Shown here: positions 47,377 to 57,500 of the stretch, one piece after another
Position numbering within the stretch: the stretch's first letter is position 1
Layout of the letters: each line of letters starts with the position of its first letter
Assembly: GCA_000004985.1 (NCBI GenBank)
Contig: GG738853.1
Origin: Naegleria gruberi
Lineage: Eukaryota
DNA length: 64,000 bases
Direction: 5' to 3' (one strand)
Position numbers and translations under genes: made by a program
Notes under the pieces: model-generated
What the model was told of the DNA's origin: nothing
Seen by the model: only the letters and a program-made list of their open reading frames with translations
Database searches by the model: none

Positions 47377-47464
47377 TTTGCTCAATTTCTAGTCATTCTT
47401 TTTTGTATTTATCTCCATTAAAATTATATTATTAAATTAATTAATAATTATAAAATATAATAAT

Positions 47465-48502
47465 TTAAATGAATAATGATTTCCAACTATCTGGTAATCG
47501 TTTAAAGAAGGGAATATTTTGGAATGTTTTAGGTTGATAGACAATTTCAATGGATGGTTTCGACTCTAAATCAAAGGCAAATGGCACATCACATTCAACA
47601 TCTAAATAATATTCAATCTTTAAAAAGGTTCCATTGGTGGAAGGTAAAGTTTTTCTAGGAATGAAAAAATTTAAAACTCTCTCAGTATGTGTTTTGGCAG
47701 AAACTCCTTCAAATTTCATTCTGTAAACTTCGACTGGACCTTGCTTAATTGTTCTACGACCTTCTTTATCATTGGTTTCTCCATAAGTGGTAAGTTTGAG
47801 AGCTGCTTCATCACAAGAAATTGTTGCAGTTCTAAATAATTTAACTTTCAATGATTGAACATCTTTCCTTGAATCATTTTGAATGCTCAATTTGATTGGA
47901 ATAACTTCACATGGTTGGAAAAAGTTCTTTTCCATTTCTAGTTTCATTTTCAATTTACCAATACCTCCAAAAAGGAATTTCTTCTCTTTGAAATCAGTCA
48001 CTTGTTCTCTGATAATGTTTGGAGTAATAGGAACAAGCATACTACAATATAAATCTCCAAGTCTTGCAGCTACCTTATAAATAACTGCTCCTTTGTAAAC
48101 ATCTTTACAATCTTTCATTGAAATAAAAGTGCTTGGAAGCAATCCATTGGTTGGTAATTGAATTTCGAATGGAAACGAATAATCACCTGCTTCTATTCCA
48201 CTAGGAAAGCTTTTAACAATCGGTCTCAGGTCAACCAATGCCTTTTTACCATTCAACGAATAAGAGCTAGTTCTAGTATCCAACTGTATATCAGTCACAA
48301 CTAAACCTTTAGGAGTTACACCAATCTCATCATCCAATATATGAAGTTTAGTTCTTTCCTTTCCTTTGAATATGACAATTAAATTATTAGCTGGAGAGAA
48401 TGAAGATGGCAAAAGTGGTTCAGTGAGAGAAAGATTAATTATTCCACTCACCACTTCACCAGGATGATAGAAAGGCTTGGAAAGAGTAATGAAGATTGTC
48501 AT
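47465..48502 (-). CDS. Arrestin-fold protein, paralog B (inverted relative to paralog A)
   Basis: LSKPFYHPGEVVSGIINLSL...FKGKERTKL...KFLFGG.GKLKMK...QGP.EV.RM.FEGV...LPSTNG.LK..Y.LD.ECDV is collinear with 36109..37131 at roughly 45-50% identity. Confidence 0.4.
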   Translation of the reverse strand: MTIFITLSKPFYHPGEVVSGIINLSLTEPLLPSSFSPANNLIVIFKGKERTKLHILDDEIGVTPKGLVVTDIQLDTRTSSYSLNGKKALVDLRPIVKSFPSGIEAGDYSFPFEIQLPTNGLLPSTFISMKDCKDVYKGAVIYKVAARLGDLYCSMLVPITPNIIREQVTDFKEKKFLFGGIGKLKMKLEMEKNFFQPCEVIPIKLSIQNDSRKDVQSLKVKLFRTATISCDEAALKLTTYGETNDKEGRRTIKQGPVEVYRMKFEGVSAKTHTERVLNFFIPRKTLPSTNGTFLKIEYYLDVECDVPFAFDLESKPSIEIVYQPKTFQNIPFFKRLPDSWKSLFI

Positions 48503-49013
48503 CTGCTACTAATTTTTTGTGTTATTATTTGATCAGTGTTAAAGTTCATTGCAAGGTTCTCCAGTATATGTAGACTTGTATTAATGTTGGAATTATTCCG
48601 AAATTTCCTTCAAGCAAATCATGCTGATGATGATCAAGGTATTAAATAATATCGAATATCGTACCACTTGTTTGCTGTGATGATTTTTATTTCAAATTCA
48701 ATCTTGAAAAACTCCAAATATTTGTGCAAGCTTTATATTAATAGAAAAAAAAGGAAAGATCAAATTCTCTCTCTTCTTTGTTCATTCTCGCTTATTTGAT
48801 TTTGTTATTCTTGTGTACACAAAGAGAGGAATTCATCAACATCTTTTTTGAAGACACTTTTGTAAATAGTATATATTCTGTAGTAGAGGTTACATTCTTT
48901 ACATCTTCCGAAGCATTTTGTTGAAGAGTTTGAATTCGCTCTTCTCTCAACAATAGTATTAATTAATATATAGTAGTAGTAGCAGCAGCTAATTTATAGA
49001 GTACAAACTTATT

Positions 49014-52000
49014 ATGAAGTGTACATCATCATCATCATCTCCATTGTCTCCATCCTCACTGAAAAGAAAGCCTTCCGATTGTTTAGATCAAGAACAGGAT
49101 AGTAATATTATGGATCCTCCTTCAAAAAAGCAAAATATTACATCAAAAGCAAATAATTTCTCACATCAACATGGTATTCCATTGTCTTGTTTTATAGATG
49201 AACAAATTGAGGAAAATTTGAACAAGTATGAAGAGGAATTAAAGAATGGAGTATCTCTCAACTTGTTCAAATGTGTTAACAAGATGAAAGTGTCGGAAAA
49301 TGGAATTTATGTCCAATATCCTGGAGAAGCTAATGTTTACAAGACATTCTATGGATTTCTTAGTCTGGTTGATATGTTGCGAGTGGCAGAATTGAATTCA
49401 ATTGATGATTTATTTGGTAGGGATTATGATTCATCGACAGATCACGTCCTTCTAAATAAGATTATGAGATTATGCATTTCTAGTCACAATGCAAAGAATG
49501 GATTTTCAATGATTGTCGTATTCCAAATTATTTATCAGTTAACACAATTCTTAATTGCTGAAAGAAAGGCAGCACTCGAGTATATGGCCAACAATAGACA
49601 TGGAGAAGTAGAGGAAACGAATAATAATAATAGTATTAATTTGGAGGATATTGCTGTGTGTAAAATTGATCGGATATTTGTATCAGAATTTGATCCAAAG
49701 AAGGGAGAACTCATCAAGATTGGAATAACATACAATCAATATCAAAAGGAAAACTCTCACAAGATTTGGAATAGTGAAAGAGAGGCTGTGGAAATCTATC
49801 ACCTCGGAAAGCTTCTATTCGATGTTGTGACTTGGCATTATATTGGTTTGGACACGTTGGGAATGATCATTTTCCAAAAACCAACCAAAGAAGTTACTGT
49901 CCTTCAACAAGTTACTCAACAATTGAGGAATCTGTATTCAAAGAATGGAGAAAAGAGGACCAAGCTTTTTCAAAAAGTATTTACACAATGGAGTGATGAA
50001 CAATTTAAGAAGGATTTGGAAAATTCCAAGTCCAAAGCCCCTAATGACTATTTCTACTTTAACGAGGAATTGGGAAAAACTGTCGAGTGGATGTTTGCCA
50101 AATCTCAGGAGAAATACTATGGAGAATGCATAACAGCAGCACTCTATGAAACGGCAATGAAAAAGAAGAGGAATCTCCCCAAGCAGACTGATCCTTTTTT
50201 CAATTCTTCTTCCATCTTTAATTTCTTCTCGTCAAATTGGCAGAGTTCACAAGTGGTTACCTCTGAAAAGATAATGAGGAGTTTCCTCTTTTCCAAGTCA
50301 AGAATTCAAGACACTCTCCTAACTATTTATTTGAAAAGAAATCCAATCCTCCAGATTAGATACATCAAAAACATCCTTCATGATATGCTGGACAAGTTAC
50401 AGGAGGTTCCATCACAACCTCTCATGGATGGATACAATTATTATTCACTCTTCCCTAACTTGGAGTTTTTCAACAAGTATTCATACTTGTGTAGAGCTCT
50501 TTCCTCCCTGGTCTTTCCAATACCTTCTTTGAGGCTCAAGTTGGATCATTGGTCCTTTGTTGAGTTGCCACAATTCATTTCCAGTTATTCAAGTGTTACA
50601 AATGCTATGGAGAAGGGAAAAATTGCATCATACTTTGCCAAGAATACCTTCTTCAATGACGAAAATTCAAAGGGAACTTTCAATACAGCACTCTCACAAT
50701 ATGGTGTTGCTGATTTTTCTTCCTCTGTTATCATTCTGAAGAATATTGTACAAAGCCATTTGATATCATTGGAGAATATTATTGAGGAAAAGTCATTCAT
50801 TCAATCTTATATACGGGAGGCCAGTGATGCAATTTGTTATCAGGACTTGTTCGATTCATCTTCATTGAGGTTGGAATTAATGTTACAGGAACTAATTCTC
50901 TGTTATTCCTACATGGGCAAAGGATTGACAGAACAGAAGGACTTTGATAATGCAATGAAATATTCCGAGGATTCACTCAAGGCAATAATTATGGCTTGGA
51001 TTATTCTCACCAAGAGAGAGAAGGATTATGAGCAATTGCCAATTTTAATGCACGAAATCAAGACCTCAATAGATGGAGTATCTACCACTGATTTTGATCA
51101 ACTTGCCATTACTGTTGATGAATCAAAGCAAATTATTAAGGAAAATTATCATTCAGAATTGTCAGTTGTTCCTAACTGGTTCATTTCTACTCTCTTCACA
51201 GTGGCATACATTTACGATCACATTGAAAAGTTCAATGATGCTGTGGAAATTTATAGTTATGTAGTCAATGTTTGTCCAACCTATTCTATGGCTTTTAATA
51301 ATAGAGGAATTTGCAAGTATAGAATCTCCTCACCAGCTGTCGAATTTGAAGGTGATACATCACTACGTGAGGAAATGTCTTTCTATGACTATACTCTCTC
51401 TTCAGTTCTCGACTATGCCAATGTGTGTCCTCAGGTAAATAGGGTTTGCCTTCTCAATATTCAATCTAATCTGACCGATTATGATAAAATCGAGTCGAGA
51501 ATTGAACAAATGATCAATTTTTATCAGAATATTGGTTATGAAAACCTTGGAGAGGATTTGGAAAGCTATCTCACTGATGAAGAAGTGGAGATGGATATTT
51601 ATGAATTTTGGGCCAAAGACAGAAAGGAGAGATTGATCAAAGATCTCAATTTTTGTACCATTTACAAACCAACTGATACAATCAATGACATTTCAGAACA
51701 TTTATTCGATAGATCTGTGAATTTCCAATCTTTGGACATGTATGATCAGGCCATTAATGATTTAACCTGGTGTGAAGAATTGTGTAAAATTGAGGAGAAA
51801 CGACAAGTAATTGTTGATGAAGATGAAGAATCAAATTCCTTCTTTGGAGGATTCCCCAACTTTAGATCATTCCAAGCCAATCTCTTTTATAATAGAGCTG
51901 TTTGTTATGATGCTATTGGAAAATATAGAGAAGCCATCGATGATTTGTATCAATTATTGGAAATTGATGGAAATGATGCAGATGCTCGAATGATTTTAGA

Positions 52001-52043
52001 GGAATTGCTCGAGTCAACCAATGTTCAATCAAGAGTTTCTTAA
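49014..52043 (+). CDS. Large hypothetical protein (1009 aa) with C-terminal TPR repeats
   Basis: Single 3-kb ORF. TPR-like units AFNNRGICKYRI and ANLFYNRAVCYDAIGKYREAIDDLYQLLEID. Confidence 0.45.
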   Translation: MKCTSSSSSPLSPSSLKRKPSDCLDQEQDSNIMDPPSKKQNITSKANNFSHQHGIPLSCFIDEQIEENLNKYEEELKNGVSLNLFKCVNKMKVSENGIYVQYPGEANVYKTFYGFLSLVDMLRVAELNSIDDLFGRDYDSSTDHVLLNKIMRLCISSHNAKNGFSMIVVFQIIYQLTQFLIAERKAALEYMANNRHGEVEETNNNNSINLEDIAVCKIDRIFVSEFDPKKGELIKIGITYNQYQKENSHKIWNSEREAVEIYHLGKLLFDVVTWHYIGLDTLGMIIFQKPTKEVTVLQQVTQQLRNLYSKNGEKRTKLFQKVFTQWSDEQFKKDLENSKSKAPNDYFYFNEELGKTVEWMFAKSQEKYYGECITAALYETAMKKKRNLPKQTDPFFNSSSIFNFFSSNWQSSQVVTSEKIMRSFLFSKSRIQDTLLTIYLKRNPILQIRYIKNILHDMLDKLQEVPSQPLMDGYNYYSLFPNLEFFNKYSYLCRALSSLVFPIPSLRLKLDHWSFVELPQFISSYSSVTNAMEKGKIASYFAKNTFFNDENSKGTFNTALSQYGVADFSSSVIILKNIVQSHLISLENIIEEKSFIQSYIREASDAICYQDLFDSSSLRLELMLQELILCYSYMGKGLTEQKDFDNAMKYSEDSLKAIIMAWIILTKREKDYEQLPILMHEIKTSIDGVSTTDFDQLAITVDESKQIIKENYHSELSVVPNWFISTLFTVAYIYDHIEKFNDAVEIYSYVVNVCPTYSMAFNNRGICKYRISSPAVEFEGDTSLREEMSFYDYTLSSVLDYANVCPQVNRVCLLNIQSNLTDYDKIESRIEQMINFYQNIGYENLGEDLESYLTDEEVEMDIYEFWAKDRKERLIKDLNFCTIYKPTDTINDISEHLFDRSVNFQSLDMYDQAINDLTWCEELCKIEEKRQVIVDEDEESNSFFGGFPNFRSFQANLFYNRAVCYDAIGKYREAIDDLYQLLEIDGNDADARMILEELLESTNVQSRVS

Positions 52044-52115
52044 TAAACTTTGAGTTTTTCAAATTTCCTACACCCAAACCAACTTCCAAATAGAAACAAT
52101 TTATTTAAGGTTGTG

Positions 52116-53803
52116 ATGGTGAGATGTTTTTTCAATGTTCAAATAAACTTAAAAATGCAGCAAGAATCGAACAGCGCACAGTTTCAGAATATATCATCTT
52201 CGGAATTGGAGCAAACGAGCACAACGTATGAGAGAAAAGAAGTGAAAATAATCGAATGGAAAGAATGGAAAATTGTCAAGTTTTTTAGAAGAGACAATAA
52301 AGAGAATGGAAATGGACCAAAACTTTACAAGATGAGGTGGATAATATTGCTGATTTTCGCGTTGGCAATGTTAAGTTCGTTTTTGGCTCAGTTGACTTTC
52401 TCTTCTCTTGGGTGAGTATATCGAATATTTCGAATTAAAGCTCATTTTAAATGAAACCATGAATGAAATTGAATTCTACCATTACAATCAGGGTAATTAT
52501 CATGCAGTATTATAAAATTCCACACCAGAATTGGAAAGTCAACATGATGAGTTTGATATTTCTTATAGTTCATCTTCCCTCTTCATTGATAGTGAGTTTC
52601 GTAATGAAACGTTTTGGATTAAGATGTTGCATGATCATATTCGGTTCACTAACATTTATTGGAATGTGGATTCGTTGTTTTGGCTATAAGAAAGGAGACG
52701 AAACCTATTTATGGATTGCATTTTGTGGCCAAACTTTCATTGCTTTTGCCCAACCATTCCTTACGAGCATTTCGGGTCTTTTGGGAGTAAATTGGTTTGG
52801 AGATAAGGAAAGAACACTGGTCCAAGTTGCAGCTCTACTTACGGCAGCTCTCGGAGGCGGAGTCGCATTTGCTATCGGACCTAGTTTAATTACGATGGGC
52901 AAGAGAGAAATGCATGGATCAGAGATTGGAATGCTAGCTTATTTATCTTCCCAGGCCTTTATTTCAACTGCTTGTTTATTGTTGATTGTTATTTTCTTTA
53001 AGGATCGACCACCAACTCCACCAGTACTAATTAAGGAAATTCAAACAATGGAGAAATTGGACGAAAACGAACAAATGTTAACAGAGGAGAGCAGATTGAC
53101 AATTAATTTGACCACTGATGACATCAATATCGAAAAAGGCTTTGAATCTTTCAATTCGAAAGATATTTATCCAGAACAAACTTTTTGGATAGGTTTTAAA
53201 AAGTTAATGACCTCTCCTCATTTCATAATGTTAACAATTTCATCATCCTGTCTGATTTCTGTCTTTCAAACAATGTCCATTCTCGATCAGATCATTAACC
53301 CAAAAGGTTACACCACCTTTGACACTGCAAATCTTAACATTGTCAATTTGGTATTTGTGGTATTTGGATGTTTTGGATTGAGTATTGTATTTGACAAGAC
53401 TAAACGTTTCAAATTGATTTCTTGCATCAGTAGCTTTATGGCATGTTTAGGATTTGCTTGTTTTGCCATTATCTTGCAATGGAACAAGTCAGATTTCACA
53501 ATAATTTTGGTTTATCTGTCAATGGTCGTTATCGGTTGTTCAGCCATTCCCAGTTTACCTCTAATTTCTCAAATGATAGTCTATTCAACCTATCCAATCC
53601 ATCCAGCAACAAGTCTTGTGATATCAAGTGCCTTCAGTACAATTTGGAATGTAATAATGTGGGTCATTGTAAATGTGCTACTGAGCGAGATGAGTAATTC
53701 ATCCAGTGTCATATTGTGGTTGAGCTTTGCGCTATTGATTGTTTCCTTTATAATGACTGTATTATTTAGAGGTAAATTCGATAATATTCTGGTCAATAAA
53801 TAG
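52116..53803 (+). CDS. Major facilitator superfamily transporter (exons 52116..52411, 52492..53803; 80-nt intron GTGAGT..AG)
   Basis: 12 predicted TM segments. The splice joins ...LAQLTFSSLG|VIIMQYY in frame. MFS-type loop between TM6 and TM7. Start could instead be the ATG at 52155. Confidence 0.55.
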
Positions 53804-53888
53804 AAACTGTTCAAAGTTTATTTAGCCAAAGTTATACTTTGTTCATTCAACGTTTTTCGAAAATTGTAAATATGATGAAAATGTGTAA

Positions 53889-53977
53889 GGCGGCTTAGCA
53901 CAGTGGCAGTGCATCAGTCTTGTAGGCAGCAATGCTTAGATAACTGAGGGTCGAGGGTTCAATTCCCTCAGTCGCCT
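53889..53977 (+). tRNA. tRNA-Thr(UGU) with 17-nt intron
   Basis: GGCGGCT-TA-GCAC-AGTGGCA-GTGC-A-TCAGT-cTTGTa, then intron ggcagcaatgcttagat, then a-ACTGA-GGGTC-GAGGG-TTCAATT-CCCTC-AGTCGCC-T. U33 and A37 flank the TGT anticodon. The isotype call depends on the intron position. Confidence 0.6.
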
Positions 53978-54047
53978 TTTGTATTGGTGATTGCCAAGAA
54001 AAACAAGCCTTAATTGTGAATAAGGGATATTTTCTTTTATCAATGTA

Positions 54048-54120
54048 TCCCCCTTAGCTCAGTCGGTAGAGCGTCAGACTGTTAATCTGCAGGTCGGTGG
54101 TTCGAGCCCACCAGGGGGAG
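54048..54120 (+). tRNA. tRNA-Asn(GUU)
   Basis: TCCCCCT-TA-GCTC-AGTCGGTA-GAGC-G-TCAGA-CTGTTAA-TCTGC-AGGTC-GGTGG-TTCGAGC-CCACC-AGGGGGA-G (73 nt). Confidence 0.8.
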
Positions 54121-54590
54121 TTGTTTTGTTTTTGTTTACTCTAAACTTTGAACTATATTTGATATTACGAATAAGCAGAATATTTCTGAAGGCCAATTGT
54201 TATTTTCAAACGAGATATCCCGTCTAGTTGAGCTGGAAAGCTCAAAAGAAGGGAATGTTAAACTAATAAGGATTGGACGTGATATTCCCGTTCCATGATT
54301 TTTTGCGAGTTAAAACCAGTTCCAAAATCAAGCGGTTGTACAAATCAGACAAGCTAACTGGATTTAAGCATACGAACCAACCTGAAAGAAATGTTTTCTA
54401 ATAGAACCTTCCATTGTAAGCTTTCCAGTATACTGAACATTAAAGATCTCAAAGTCTACTAAGTTGAATTACTATTGCAAATCACCATAATGATTGCTGA
54501 TGACATTGCTGCTACTACCACTCATTAAGTGTGTGATTAATTGTTGTTGATTTGTTGGAGAATCAGATAACACAATCAAAAAAACACAAC

Positions 54591-57500
54591 ATGTCTGGTA
54601 AACCAAGATATTCCACACTTGTGGAAATGCTCGAGCATGCAACACAAGAAAGAACATCCTCTCTCATTTACAGACAATTAGATTACTCCAATGATGTGGT
54701 GGGGGAGGAGAAGAAACTTTTCTCTGACTTATTGAAACCTTCAAGTATCAAGGAGATTAGTTATTGTGATTTCTTAAAGAAAGTGAAATCTCTCTCCACT
54801 CTCATTCAAACTCAAGCCAAAAGTGGTGATAGAGCTTTGCTAATCTTTGAACCAGGTATTAACTTTATTGCTGCTTTCTTTGCTACCTTGTTTGCTGGTG
54901 TTATTGCTGTACCTGTCTATCCTCCAAAGAACAAGGAAGAATTCAACAAGTTGAGTAAGATTCTGGCCGATTCTAAACCAAGTTTATTTCTGTTATCCAA
55001 GCTCATTCATCAAAACTTTGAGCAACATGGCATTAACAAGTTTTTTACCAAGATTAATTCTCAACAACATGTCGAGAATCAGGTAATACAAGATGTACTC
55101 AGTGGTTGTCTGGAAACTTATGAAGGTTTTAGTCTTTTGATTTCAGACGCGGTTGACTACAGTGATAAACAATTGTATACATATTGGAAACACCCAAACA
55201 TCGACACAGATTCGGTTGCTTTCCTCCAATATACCTCTGGATCAACCAGTGATCCAAAAGGTGTCATTCTCACTCATAGAAACCTTCTCAACAATCTTCA
55301 TGTTATGAACTATGCCCTACGATACTCTAATCAGAAACATGTTGTGCTCTGGCTTCCTCCTTACCATGACATGGGTTTAATTGCTGGTTTACTTGAAATT
55401 GTCTATTCGAATTGTAGTGCTACTGTATTATCTCCAATCTCCTTCCTGGAAAATCCATTACGTTGGATGTGGGCAATCAATGAATATAGAGCCACATTGC
55501 TGGGTGCTCCTAATTTTGGTTATGATCTCTGTGTAAAGCACTTTCTAGCTCATGAGAAGGAATACAGAGAAAGTTTTAAATTATTCGATTTTAGCAGTTT
55601 GGAAATTGTGGCATGTGGTGCAGAACCTATCAGAGCAGAAACTATGGAAAGTTTCAGTACACTCTTCTCTGAATTTGGATTGAAAAAACAAGCCATGTAT
55701 CCATGTTATGGATTGGCTGAGAGTACTCTCTATGTCACTGGTGTAAACTATATGAAAGGTTTCGACTTTACCACAATTGACAACAAGAACCAATACATTA
55801 TCAAGAATGGAACAGTCGAACAAACACAAACTCATCAAAAATTCGTTAATTGTGGTGTCAACTATGATGAAAATCAATCCATTAAAATTGTCGATCCAGA
55901 ATCTTCTACAGAAATGGAGAATGGAAAGGTTGGTGAAGTTTGGTTGTCAAGTCCAAGTGTCGCTCAAGGTTATTGGGAGAAACCAGAACTTTCTCAAGAG
56001 GTTTTCCATGCACGAGTGGTTGGAGATGATAGGGAGTATCTCAGAAGTGGAGATTTGGGTTTCATGTTGAATGGAAACTTGTACATTACTGGTCGTCGTA
56101 AGGATGTCATTATTTTGAATGGTGTGAATTATTATCCTCAAGATGTAGAATTGGCATGTTCTAAATGTCATGCACAGATTAGAACTGGGTGTGTGGTGGC
56201 TGTTAATATTGCTGATCGTGATGGACAGGATCGATTGGTGATAATTGCTGAAACTAAAGTTGTTTCGAATAGTGAGACACAAGTATTGGAGAGTATTGTA
56301 CAATCCATACGATCTGCAATTGCCGAATCGATGGGAATTCCAATGTATAATGCCCTATCGACCATCCTTCTCATGACTAAAGGAGGCATTCTCAAGACCA
56401 CAAGTGGTAAACTGAGACGTCAACCAACTAAACAAGCATTTCTCAATAACAAACTTCCTCCAAAACTAATCGTTCACAGATGGGATCAGGAGAAACTCTC
56501 AGATAGCGCTTCTCAACCAAGTACTCCAACAGAGATTGGATTGGCTAAAATTTGGAAAGAATTAACAGGAATTGATCCATCACTTTCGAATAACTTTTTC
56601 CTTTTGGGAGGAAGCTCTATGAGTTTGATTCAGCTAAAATCTAGAATCCAACATGTTTTCAATGTAATTATAAGTTTGACTGATTTGGTAATGTCGCCAA
56701 CATTGCAATTGATGGCTAAATTGGTCGATCAACACAGCAATCAATGTAATACTAGCTCTGTACAAATTTCAAAGAGAGAAAGGACAAGTGACACTTTAGA
56801 ATTATCAAACTCACAAACGAGATTCTGGTTCTTACATCACTTGATCGATAATCCTGCCATTCACAATGTTTTTGCAGGTGTTCGTTTGAAAGGTGACTTG
56901 GATAAACAAGCTTTAGAAAATTCCATTACCAAACTTGTAGAACGTCATGAAAGTTTACGTACAAGCTTTCAAGAAACAGAGATGTCACCAATGCAACACA
57001 TTCATTCTGAAATTTCTCTCAAATTAAATTCAATTAGTTTGAAACATCTCACTAGTGAAGAAGAAAAGAATTTGGAATTGAACAAGTTTCTCTTTGATGA
57101 GGTGAACGCACCATTCAACTTGAATGAAGCTCCTCTTCTCAGAGCTAACTTGATCGAAATGTCAGAGTGTGATCATGTTTTGGCCATGACTTTCCATCAT
57201 ATCATAATCGATGGATGGTCCATGAATTTACTTGTTGAAGAGCTAGTTCAATACTATCTGGCTTTTAAGAATCATCAATCGCCAATTCTTCCACAAGTTC
57301 TTCAATATGGTGATTACACACTGTGGAGCAATCAACAACAATCAATGAATGAAACTCAATTAAAATATTGGGAAGAAAAACTCTCCAATTTACCAGAATC
57401 TATCAAATTGCCAACAGAAGGCGAAAACTTATCCAAATCATTTGATGGATCTCATTTCTGGTTTGCAATCCCAGAAACTCTCGTTAACTCCTTAAGAAAG

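Larger units (their letters stand above)
53852..54129. repeat. Inverted-repeat arm L (~278 bp) containing tRNA-Thr(UGU) and tRNA-Asn(GUU)
   Basis: About 93% identical to the reverse complement of 60138..60426, including tRNAs, the 70-bp spacer and ~35 bp of outer flank (GTTTTTCGAAAATT...). One 12-bp indel in the spacer. Confidence 0.8.
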
